Shown here: positions 44,538-56,339 of the stretch, one piece after another | Position numbering within the stretch: the first letter of the stretch is position 1 | How the letters are laid out: every line of letters starts with the position of its first letter | Origin: Nemertoderma westbladi | Taxonomy: Eukaryota > Animalia > Xenacoelomorpha | Assembly (NCBI GenBank): GCA_032718475.1 | Contig: JAUCBJ010003264.1 | Coordinates: forward strand, 1 to 56,339 | Reading direction: 5' to 3' | Length of the DNA stretch: 56,339 bases | Notes under the pieces: generated by a model | Seen by the model: the letters and a program-made list of their open reading frames with translations, nothing else | Database searches by the model: none | Told to the model about the DNA's origin: nothing | Made by a program: the position numbers and the translations under genes

Positions 44538-47500
44538 TGAGTGTCTCAGATAAGGAGGCACTAGAGGACAGCTATGAGACGGCGGCTGGACAGCCGACTG
44601 AAGACAGTGTCAATATAACTGTTGACGACCATGCCGACTATGATGATGCAGCGAGTGACACTGACATTATTGAATAGGAGGACAAGACAGTGACTAGTGA
44701 AGAAGACCAAGGTGAGGTAATATTGATAGGGTCCCCTACTACTACTGTAAAGAAGGATTGCACAGCAGCCCAACCCAAGGTGAGTAGTAGGGAGGGCAGT
44801 TTAGCTGGAGCGAGAGCCCAAAGCCCGGTTTTTAGACGCGTGGGTATGGTCAGTACGGTGGTCCCAGTGGCAGTGAGGAGCACTCGGAGTTCCCGTAATA
44901 ATCCCTCAAGTCCACCGAGTGTAAGTCAGGTAAGCGAGAGAGAGCTAGCCATTGCGTTAAAGAAAAAATTACGCGCGCATGCCGGACATATAACCCAGAC
45001 AACGGACAAGGTAAGGAAGATACTAGCCAATTCTGGTAGTATCGAAAGAAAAGGTTTAGCAGAACTCAGAAAGGGCTACAACTCAGCGCTGTTTAAGCAG
45101 ACAGAGGAGCTAGCAGTTCTAGCAAAGAGGGCAGTGGACTCCCAGTTGAATGATGTAGTGACGCAAATATACAATAAAGCTCTAGCAATCTTATTAGACC
45201 ACCGCACATTGTCGGAGCGACTCCAACGAGTTAGGACAGAAAACTGGCTATTATGGGGTTCGCAAGAACAGGCGAATCAAGTGACTGATGCTGAATTAAG
45301 AGATCTAGTAGAACTAGAAGAGACTCAAGATAAAGAGGAGCGCAGGTACCAAAGAGAAGTCACCAATTGGCTGATGCAGAGTGGAGTAGTAGTGCCTGGC
45401 GAGGTGCTGCCGACGACGGAGAATATCCAGCGGAGGCCACTTACCCCGCCTGACGATGCAATCAGAAACAGTGGAGATTCGCAGGTTAGTCATGCGCGAG
45501 GAAATGTCATATGCACTGGATCTCTTGTTTCTCACAACTCCGCAGAAGAAAGGAGACACCGGTTGGATGAACAACAGAAGGAAATCTTACGTGTAGCGGA
45601 GGACAGGATGGTAGCCGAAAGAGAAGAGGAGTGCAGTCGCAAAGTTGAAGCGAAACTGCGAGAGTTGCAACTTGAAAGCGAACACAAAGAACACAAACTT
45701 CAACATGAATGCAAAGAACGCAAACTTCAATGTGAACACAAAGAACACAAACTTCAATGTGAACGCGAAGAACTTAAACTCAAACGCGAACGCGAAGAAC
45801 TCGAACTTAAACTCGAATGCCAACGCGAAGAGCGATAACTTCAACTCGAGCATGAAAGGCGATTGCTACATGAAGAACAGGCGAAATTGAAGGCAGAAAC
45901 TGCCGCGAGGATTGCAAGGGAGGCGGAACAACGTAAGTTAGATCAATTAGAAAGTGCGAGGTTAGACTTAGAAAGTGAAGAGCAAACAAGGAAGGCGAAT
46001 GAAATTGCCGAAAGGAGTATGCGAATGAAGAATGTGGGGTGGGGCGAGTATAGGTACCGAGTTGCGAGGCCTATTTGCACAACAGAAGGCCGAACAAGAG
46101 GCGAGATCTCCAGTAAAACGGTGAGTCACCATCGACAAGAACTCTTATACCCGGTCTGACAATTACGAGTACTCAGATCGCGAAACCATTTTCTGCATAT
46201 CGCACACCGGTTGGTATCAGCGCCTCGCCAATAGAGCAAGATCCACTCAATCAAGAGGGCGTTCCACGAGTAAACTATTATCGCAACTCAGATGAGTTCA
46301 GAGAAGAATCCCCAAAGGGATGAACATCGGGCGAACCGAACACGCAGTTTTGGAATACGCAAATAGATCGTCGACCCAGTTCGAAGGAAAACTTCCGGGT
46401 TAAACCGGAAGAAGGATCGTATGAAAGGCAAAGGCTTACCCAAATAGAGCCAACATCTCAGCGGAAACCTAGCCAGGAATTCATCATGAGGGAGGAGTTA
46501 AGCGCCAGTCTAGCGCAAGCTATATCGCTGCACATCCAACCTATAATGGACATGCTTAGCAACTTACAGCTAAGAGAAGCAGCCCAGGTAAGGACTAATT
46601 CTAATCCCGGAAGGCAGGAACAAGGTGAAACCCAGCCAGGCGCATGAGTACGAATATCGGAGGCGACGATATCACAATGGCCTCAGGTAAGAACACCTGT
46701 CCCTATGATCCGCAATCCCGATTTCTTGCACTCGGACGAGAGATTTATAGAAGAAGCTTGGATTAGAGCTTCAGGCCATAAACCAATACAATCGCAGAGG
46801 GACCACACCGATTCGAGTGATGACGGAGAGGAAGATTTGAGGCGTCAGAAGTCCCAAAACCGGAAGGAAAGAAGGACTAACACAGTGCAGGTAAGTATGA
46901 ACCCTCAGGAAGGGACCAGACTTAACAATCCTACGGAGTTAACCAACTTAATGACCCGGAATGACGCCACCCTCAGAGATATAGATAAGTTTGCCGCCAG
47001 GCAGGGATTGCCGGCACAACAACCCCAGAAGTTTATGGGCAACCATAAGCATTGGAGGACGTTTAAGAAGTATGTCGACGAGCAGTTGACCAACAGTACC
47101 TTTACCCACAATGAAAAATTCAATTCCAATTGCAAATGCTCCATCGAGTGCCGAGAGCAATTGCAGATAATTTCGTCGGTAATGAAAGAGCATTTGAATT
47201 AGCAATGAAGACACTTAGCGATATTTATGGGAATAAAACCAAAATGGCGCAGTCGATAGTGGAAGATTTGGGCAAGGGCGGAAAAATTACGACCCCATTG
47301 GAACTGTTGAACTTAGCCAACGCCATTTCGAACGCCTTAGATATTTTAAAGACGGTGAATCTACCCCATCATGGTGATCACGCAGAGGTCTTGAACAGTA
47401 TAATAAGACACCTAAACATGCGTTATCGACAAAAGAGGAGAAAACTAGAGAATAAACAGGAGGGCCAGGAAAAGGTGTTGACGCTCAGACATATCCATGA

Positions 47501-49550
47501 CATGATAGCCGCAGATGCGGTAGCAGAGATGAAGTCGAACTTCTCAGAAGAGAACATGAGAGAAATCAAGCCTGCTATCAGAAGGTCAATGGTGAGTTTT
47601 GACGAGGACAAACTGACTGTGACATTTAACTCGATTGACAAATACAATCCCAGTACCCCTGCCTTCAGACCAGACTCACGAGTATGGTCAGGTGAGAGGT
47701 CAGATAGACCCAGGACAAAGCAACAGGAGTTGCCGGACGGATTTGTAGGTTGTCAATTTTGCCTACTAAAGGAGGTAAGATCAGACGATCATAAGTTGGA
47801 CAGCTGTAGACGCTTCAAAGAGCTGAGTTCAGAACAGCAAAGGGTTTAAGTGCAGTCATTAGACACCTGTTGGGCATGTCTTGCTCCAGGTCACGTACAG
47901 TGCCAGTGCCCAAACAGTAAAGACGGATGCATGGAGTGGGACAGATTACATCACAAGCTGCTACATGCGGATTTCCATACTCCAACAGACCGTTATCTAC
48001 AAAGGAATCCTCAAAGGAAGGGAAGCAGAGATCCCGTGGTGATAAGGAAGAATACGTAGGCCGGCATCCTAGACGATGGACATCAATCAGGTTCGTCGGA
48101 TGAGGACAGGGAAGTGAGCACGAGGGAGGTGACCTGTCAAGGATTCACTACCGATAATTCCACTGATCTGTCAACCAGCGCGAGGACGTATCTATCATCA
48201 GCCACGTCAGAAATATTCAGTGTGATACCGGTGAAACTCACTGGGGACAGAGGTTCGAAGAGAATATATGTAATGTTGGACACCGCGTCCACATTATCAT
48301 ATATAGATGAGGAAGTGGCAAGGTCCGTTTCTAGCTTCCAGGATGCCGAGGAAGTCAAGATAGAGTTGAAATCCATGCACAGAGTAGGAGATGTCAAGGG
48401 ACATAAGATCTCAGTAGAACTAGACTCCCTACTTCCGAGAGAAGAGCACACTCGCCAGGAAAGGAAATCACTACCACTAGATGGGTTTAAGTGTTTGGCT
48501 ATGAAGGGATTCGGAAGGCAGTTAGGTAAGGCGCAACCAATGAGTCCCATATCACAGGAGTATTTTGACGAGCTTAAGATACCGCGATACCAGGTAGGCT
48601 ATAGAAATGTGTCTATGTTAATTGGAGCGGAACAACTGATCGTGCACCAAATATGGGAAACGAGACCAGTTGAGCCATATGTAAATGGGCCACACACGCA
48701 TAGGACCATACTAGGTTGGTATACACACATACCCATCGCATACGAGTTTCCAGGTGGCAATAAGCCAAAGGATGGATACGACAATTCGCAGCCTACACAC
48801 CAACCATCGTTAGAATAACAACCGGATGTGGATAATTTTAGGAGAACCTGTATCGACCATTACAGAGACTTCAGCGAGTCAGAGGAGGAGTTCAGTCCTG
48901 ATAATGCTAGACTATCGGAACCGCTCTATAACGATTGAACAGATAGTGAACCCGATCGAGACAGGAGCCAGAACCGTCGAATGGTTGGATAAGGATGCAA
49001 TGGAACCTGGTGGTTATGACCTAACTATGTCCGCGGACGAGAAAAGATCTTTGAAAATGATGGAGGACACAATACGCCTGTTACCAATGGGACACTTCGA
49101 GGTTGGAATGTTGTGGCGTCGGCAACCCCCTAAATTGGAAAATAACTACAACCTAGCTTTGAAGCGATTAACCGGAGTAAGAGCGTGGCTGTTAAAGAAC
49201 CAAGGTATTAGGGAGAAGTATTGCGCTCAGATTAACAACTATCTAACCAAGGGATTTGCCGGGAAGGTAGAGAACCCCAACATTGAGATGGACCAGACCT
49301 GCTATCTCCCACACCATTATGTGACCCACCCTGATAAACCAAACAAGGTTCGTGTAGTTAATGACTGCGCTGCAGTCTATAAAGGTATGTCCCTCAATTC
49401 CGAACTGATTGATGGCCCCAATCTCAATAATTATTTGATAGGGATCCTGTTACGCTTTAGACAGCGCTGTTTTGCCTTTACTTGTGACATCGAGGCGAGC
49501 CTGTAAGGCAGACCAAGACAGCCTCAGGTTTCTCTGGTACGAGAACTTAT
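44538..49550 (+). mobile_element. BEL/Pao LTR retrotransposon gag-pro-RT, frameshifted and truncated within RT
   Basis: Coiled-coil gag (44690-46159), PQKFMGNHKHWRTF, Zn knuckles CQFC...H...C / CWAC...GH...C / HHKLLH, protease YVMLDTASTLSYI, RT YLPHH...PDKPNKVRVVNDCAA...SLN...GPNL...LLRFR...DIE. Confidence 0.9.
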
Positions 49551-49554
49551 TATC

Positions 49555-49685
49555 ATCATACATAAGTAAGGCGGTTTGGTGTTTGAATAGGTGTTCAAGA
49601 GATAAGATGGATAAAGATTTATAGATAGTGTTGGACGGTGATCGGTAGTGAGAAAAAGTGATGCAGCGCTTGGTGCTGCACACAG
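49555..49685 (-). mobile_element. Short CR1-like LINE C-terminal fragment
   Basis: KRCITFSHYRSPSNTIYKSLSILSLEHLFK resembles the CR1/Crack ORF2 C-terminus. Confidence 0.5.
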
Positions 49686-49699
49686 CGTTGGAATGCAGC

Positions 49700-50700
49700 C
49701 AATAAGGTTTTAGGTCATTGGTTTATCCAACTTCACCTCCAGTTGTTTGTCCTCTATGGCCTCCATAAATTCCTGGGAGTTCGTCTGGAATTTCCTCAGG
49801 TTGAATCCTGATTTCTTCAGGATGTTGCGAACTTTGCGACCTGTCCTAATGATCTCCTGGACGGAATTCCCAGAACCCATCCCATTATCTACCTAGAATC
49901 TGTATCGTATCATGTCGATAGCCTCCTTATACTCGTTCGCCTTCCCCTTGACTATGTCTCTCACCGCTGTGGTTGTTGTAATACGAGATAGTCGTTCTTC
50001 TCTGGGCACACCATTTCAGAGTCTGTTTGAGCTTACAGAGCCTCATCTCCACCATCCTCCTATTGTTCAGTAAGGGCTTCTTCGGCTCCTTCCATGCCAC
50101 CCTATGGTATATCGAATGTCTTGTCACCTCATCGATTTCCTCACGCTCTCCTCCGCCTGTTTATCTGTTATGTCTCGGACACGCTAAATGGTATTCTGGA
50201 TTTTAAGGGACCACTTAGCATCCATCCATATGGCGTCAAGATCGTCATTGGGTCTTGCTCCTTATCCTCACCGAATATGGTCTGTATCCTTTCGTGGGCT
50301 GTCGGGCAATCCATCACGACTATCACTTAAAAGTATACCATTGTACTCGCCATTGTTTGGCCTCCATCTTCACTAGACTTTGCATACTTTGGGGCTTGTT
50401 CTGGACACCTGTCTTTTCTATGAGGACTTCCCAGTATAAGCATTTCGGACACAGTCGATCATATCATGTGTTCCGTTTCTGTGCTGCTGACACTTGTAGT
50501 TGGGATTGTAACGCTCTCTGTTTAGTGTTTCGCATTGTAATGGACTTCTCGTGCCTCTTGGCATGATAAGCTCCTAAATCGGCTTTGAATCTCTACAGGT
50601 TCCAAGAAGTGCTTTCTTTCCCTTTATTGTTTTGGTTCCCGGTTGTTATAAAAATATTCCCCACTAGAACACGGTCCTTCAATGACTTGTTATTTATGGA
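49700..50700 (-). mobile_element. Third BEL/Pao relic (pol/gag fragments)
   Basis: Minus-strand F*VDN...ILKKSGFNLRKFQTNS (BEL RT) at ~49770-49900 and YHRVAWKE...LLNNRRMVEMRL at 49927-50127. Confidence 0.6.
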
Positions 50701-50778
50701 CATCAACAACCCTTCAAGATAGTGCAAAAACACAGTGATTTCTGTTCTTCCCAAGGTATATATTGCTCCCTTCTGGCA

Positions 50779-53700
50779 TAGGGCTGGGGTAAGATAGCCT
50801 GATTGGAGGGGGGAAGAAAAAATGACAACAAAGGAGGAAAAAGGGGGGCAAGAGAAAAGGGGAAAAAAAAGGGAAGGATAAAAAGGGAAAGGACAGAAAG
50901 GAAAAAAAAGACAAGAAAGTTATCGATCTTAGCTTACAAGTATCACTATCTCAACCTCGTGTCTGTCGGTCTGTTTGTCTGACGGTATGTCGTCGGTCGG
51001 TCTGTCGGTCTAATCTTTGGTCTCGATTAAATGAGGCCGTTTCTGGCGTCGCACAATTTCGTGGTCCGCCTCTAGGTGGTGCTAAATATATTGTCATCTA
51101 GGCTTACTAACTCACTCTCGTGCAGCGCGAAGGCCCACCCCACGCCCACGTGTTGCGTTAAAAAAGAGAACAATGGCGAAAGGGAAAGAAAATAAAAAAG
51201 AGGGTTTGAAATTAAGAGAAAATAAAAATTGGAATAATACACACATTTCTTTGCTTTTAATAATTAGTAGATAAATATTTATTGATTAAATACTGTAAAT
51301 GCCGCATTACACAATTTAACTGCAGTGAAACGTTTATGTAATTAAATAACGGTATACCTTCTTTTCGTGCCATTATGGTAAATGGCACCAAAAAAAAGTA
51401 TACCGTTATACACGACGTTATATTGAACTTATATTAGCTATTATAATAAATTGAGCTATTACTGTATAAAAAACGTAGGTCCTTCCTAAATTACAGAATA
51501 TTATTATGCTGTAATATAATAAAAACTACAGTTACATACGGTAAAATTGAACATATGTTAAAATTGTACATCTGTAAACTTGTAATATAATAAATTGTAT
51601 ACGATACTTTGTGTAGTATTTTGCTGATCAGAGTGGCCTGTAACACAAGTATAAGTAACTTAGTTGTTACACGAATGAACGTTGGTAGTGGGTGTAAATT
51701 AAGCCACAAAACTGTAAAGTTATGGGATCAAACACTGAAAAGTTATGTAGCCTACAGGTAGCGTTACTTACGCAGTAACATGCGCTCTCAATTTTGACGT
51801 TCATAAAGATAGATAATCGATAGGGTCATCTGTCATCAAATACTCCCCGTTCCCCAATCGTTCCCCAACAGCGATGTTCCGATGTACTTGCTCATCTGGT
51901 GCTTCATGTTCGGCGGTAAAATATCGTTGGCAAACTGGGCACCGCCACTTCCCCTTTATAGCCACATTTGGCCCCAAACCAAATTATATCCATTTCGTTT
52001 CGGCTCTAAACATTCTTGCAGTAGTTGTTTGTGCAATATGTGTTTCGTCAGTTTGTTTGTATAGTTGGTGTTTCGCCAGTGTAGTTGTTTGTACAGTAGG
52101 TGTTTTGTCAGTAATTGTTTGTAAAGTTGGTGTTTCGTCGGTAGTTGTTTGTATAGTTGACGCAACTTGTATAAATAACTTGTATTTTTGTATTTATGAC
52201 ACATTGATGACTCATTGCTGGGTCTGCTGTGTTAAGTCAAATGTATACAGAGTACAGCAGGGTGGCAGGCTGGAAACCAATAACCAAGCCTTGACCTGGT
52301 GGCACCTACTACCAGTACAAGTAAACCACATAATGGAGTCTACAGTATGTGCTTGGCTTCCCAGAGAGAGAGATAGACTCTGGTTGGTTATGTACAATAC
52401 AAGGCCGCTGTCCACTGCGTCAAGATACAATGAAGCAAGTTCTATGCAGCTACAGTATGCTTAGATGTAGTGTCACATACTTTATGATAATATACACCAC
52501 ACAACTCATTATTTACATGTTTGTTTTATTTAAACAAGAAGGCAAATTAAAAATATTCAAATGGAGCATTCACATATTTTTCTTCGTTAATTTTTTTCCG
52601 TAATGAAATACTTAGTTACGTCTGAATTTATTATTAATTCATAGTACAATCCATTCTCGGCATCCAGAAAGTTTTCAACTACAAACAGCTTATGAATTCT
52701 AAATTAGCCAATCACAGGCCTCGGTTACTAAGTTGGATTCAAGATGGAATTCCCTAGCTAGCTAAGTGGAACAACCAATCAAACGTGTCTCTGCCAGGGA
52801 CGTACCTTAGCCCTCTGCCTAGGACGGACCTCAGCTTAGCCTAGGACGCACCTAGGACGCACCTCAGGGCCAACTGTTTTTGGGCTGAGCTAGGGCTGGG
52901 GTAAGATAGCCTGATTGGAGGGGGGAAGAAAAAATGACAACAAAGGAGGAAAAAGGGGGGCAAGAGAAAAGGGGAAAAAAAAGGGAAGGATAAAAAGGGA
53001 AAGGACAGAAAGGAAAAAAAAGACAAGAAAGTTATCGATCTTAGCTTACAAGTATCACTATCTCAACCTCGTGTCTGTCGGTCTGTTTGTCTGACGGTAT
53101 GTCGTCGGTCGGTCTGTCGGTCTAATCTTTGGTCTCGATTAAATGAGGCCGTTTCTGGCGTCGCACAATTTCGTGGTCCGCCTCTAGGTGGTGCTAAATA
53201 TATTGTCATCTAGGCTTACTAACTCACTCTCGTGCAGCGCGAAGGCCCACCCCACGCCCACGTGTTGCGTTAAAAAAGAGAACAATGGCGAAAGGGAAAG
53301 AAAATAAAAAAGAGGGTTTGAAATTAAGAGAAAATAAAAATTGGAATAATACACACATTTCTTTGCTTTTAATAATTAGTAGATAAATATTTATTGATTA
53401 AATACTTTAAATGCCGCATTACACAATTTAACTGCAGTGAAACGTTTATGTAATTAAATAACGGTATACCTTCTTTTCGTGCCATTATGGTAAATGGCAC
53501 CAAAAAAAAGTATACCGTTATACACGACGTTATATTGAACTTATATTAGCTATTATAATAAATTGAGCTATTACTGTATAAAAAACGTAGGTCCTTCCTA
53601 AATTACAGAATATTATTATGCTGTAATATAATAAAAACTACAGTTACATACGGTAAAATTGAACATATGTTAAAATTGTACATCTGTAAACTTGTAATAT

Positions 53701-56339
53701 AATAAATTGTATACGATACTTTGTGTAGTATTTTGCTGATCAGAGTGGCCTGTAACACAAGTATAAGTAACTTAGTTGTTACACGAATGAACGTTGGTAG
53801 TGGGTGTAAATTAAGCCACAAAACTGTAAAGTTATGGGATCAAACACTGAAAAGTTATGTAGCCTACAGGTAGCGTTACTTACGCAGTAACATGCGCTCT
53901 CAATTTTGACGTTCATAAAGATAGATAATCGATAGGGTCATCTGTCATCAAATACTCCCCGTTCCCCAATCGTTCCCCAACAGCGATGTTCCGATGTACT
54001 TGCTCATCTGGTGCTTCATGTTCGGCGGTAAAATATCGTTGGCAAACTGGGCACCGCCACTTCCCCTTTATAGCCACATTTGGCCCCAAACCAAATTATA
54101 TCCATTTCGTTTCGGCTCTAAACATTCTTGCAGTAGTTGTTTGTGCAATATGTGTTTCGTCAGTTTGTTTGTATAGTTGGTGTTTCGCCAGTGTAGTTGT
54201 TTGTACAGTAGGTGTTTTGTCAGTAATTGTTTGTAAAGTTGGTGTTTCGTCGGTAGTTGTTTGTATAGTTGACGCAACTTGTATAAATAACTTGTATTTT
54301 TGTATTTATGACACATTGATGACTCATTGCTGGGTCTGCTGTGTTAAGTCAAATGTATACAGAGTACAGCAGGGTGGCAGGCTGGAAACCAATAACCAAG
54401 CCTTGACCTGGTGGCACCTACTACCAGTACAAGTAAACCACATAATGGAGTCTACAGTATGTGCTTGGCTTCCCAGAGAGAGAGATAGACTCTGGTTGGT
54501 TATGTACAATACAAGGCCGCTGTCCACTGCGTCAAGATACAATGAAGCAAGTTCTATGCAGCTACAGTATGCTTAGATGTAGTGTCACATACTTTATGAT
54601 AATATACACCACACAACTCATTATTTACATGTTTGTTTTATTTAAACAAGAAGGCAAATTAAAAATATTCAAATGGAGCATTCACATATTTTTCTTCGTT
54701 AATTTTTTTCCGTAATGAAATACTTAGTTACGTCTGAATTTATTATTAATTCATAGTACAATCCATTCTCGGCATCCAGAAAGTTTTCAACTACAAACAG
54801 CTTATGAATTCTAAATTAGCCAATCACAGGCCTCGGTTACTAAGTTGGATTCAAGATGGAATTCCCTAGCTAGCTAAGTGGAACAACCAATCAAACGTGT
54901 CTCTGCCAGGGACGTACCTTAGCCCTCTGCCTAGGACGGACCTCAGCTTAGCCTAGGACGCACCTAGGACGCACCTCAGGGCCAACTGTTTTTGGGCTGA
55001 GCTAGGGCTGGGGTAAGATAGCCTGATTGGAGGGGGGAAGAAAAAATGACAACAAAGGAGGAAAAAGGGGGGCAAGAGAAAAGGGGAAAAAAAAGGGAAG
55101 GATAAAAAGGGAAAGGACAGAAAGGAAAAAAAAGACAAGAAAGTTATCGATCTTAGCTTACAAGTATCACTATCTCAACCTCGTGTCTGTCGGTCTGTTT
55201 GTCTGACGGTATGTCGTCGGTCGGTCTGTCGGTCTAATCTTTGGTCTCGATTAAATGAGGCCGTTTCTGGCGTCGCACAATTTCGTGGTCCGCCTCTAGG
55301 TGGTGCTAAATATATTGTCATCTAGGCTTACTAACTCACTCTCGTGCAGCGCGAAGGCCCACCCCACGCCCACGTGTTGCGTTAAAAAAGAGAACAATGG
55401 CGAAAGGGAAAGAAAATAAAAAAGAGGGTTTGAAATTAAGAGAAAATAAAAATTGGAATAATACACACATTTCTTTGCTTTTAATAATTAGTAGATAAAT
55501 ATTTATTGATTAAATACTTTAAATGCCGCATTACACAATTTAACTGCAGTGAAACGTTTATGTAATTAAATAACGGTATACCTTCTTTTCGTGCCATTAT
55601 GGTAAATGGCACCAAAAAAAAGTATACCGTTATACACGACGTTATATTGAACTTATATTAGCTATTATAATAAATTGAGCTATTACTGTATAAAAAACGT
55701 AGGTCCTTCCTAAATTACAGAATATTATTATGCTGTAATATAATAAAAACTACAGTTACATACGGTAAAATTGAACATATGTTAAAATTGTACATCTGTA
55801 AACTTGTAATATAATAAATTGTATACGATACTTTGTGTAGTATTTTGCTGATCAGAGTGGCCTGTAACACAAGTATAAGTAACTTAGTTGTTACACGAAT
55901 GAACGTTGGTAGTGGGTGTAAATTAAGCCACAAAACTGTAAAGTTATGGGATCAAACACTGAAAAGTTATGTAGCCTACAGGTAGCGTTACTTACGCAGT
56001 AACATGCGCTCTCAATTTTGACGTTCATAAAGATAGATAATCGATAGGTCATCTGTCATCAAATACTCCCCGTTCCCCAATCGTTCCCCAACAGCGATGT
56101 TCCGATGTACTTGCTCATCTGGTGCTTCATGTTCGGCGGTAAAATATCGGTGGCAAACTGGGCACCGCCACTTCCCCTTTATAGCCACATTTGGCCCCAA
56201 ACCAAATTATATCAATTTCGTTTCGGCTCTAAACATTCTTGCAGTAGTTGTTTGTGCAATATGTGTTTCGTCAGTTTGTTTGTATAGTTGGTGTTTCGCC
56301 AGTGTAGTTGTTTGTACAGTAGGTGTTTTGTCAGTAATT
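50779..56339. repeat. 2112-bp head-to-tail tandem array, ~2.6 near-identical copies, continuing past the window end
   Basis: Units start at 50779, 52891 and 55003 (tagggctggggtaagatagcc); identical ORFs recur at 2112-bp spacing; only a few SNPs/indels between copies. Confidence 0.97.

Noticed and set aside
51874-52464. 196-aa ORF repeated in each 2112-bp unit
   Set aside because: Low-complexity Val/Cys content derives from internal 30-bp repeats; no recognisable domain, and identity between copies only reflects the duplication.

Overview
Eukaryotic (metazoan, probably marine invertebrate; inference from the transposon families present) repeat-rich genomic DNA, with no prokaryotic features. 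Most of the window is nested, decayed retrotransposons: CRE-, RTE-, RTE-X-, CR1/Crack-like LINEs and three BEL/Pao LTR relics. It also holds MITE-like elements, minisatellites, a 71-bp satellite and a near-identical 2112-bp tandem array running off the right edge. One convincing host gene is present: an intronless 1104-aa TIFA-like protein (37182-40496, +). It has an N-terminal FHA domain, a second degenerate C-terminal FHA domain, and about 42 tandem 14/16-aa repeats between them carrying [S/T]QGF and ELDG motifs; a perfect NF-kB site lies upstream. The other main highlight is that the 1431-aa ORF at 20132-24427 is a chimera. A 5'-truncated CR1/Crack-like LINE with an intact ORF2 (2A ribosome-skip peptide, long hydrophobic leader) inserted in frame, with a 5-bp TSD, into ORF1 of an RTE-X-like LINE, which itself sits in the 71-bp satellite. 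All calls are by eye; domain and clade assignments need HMM/phylogenetic confirmation.
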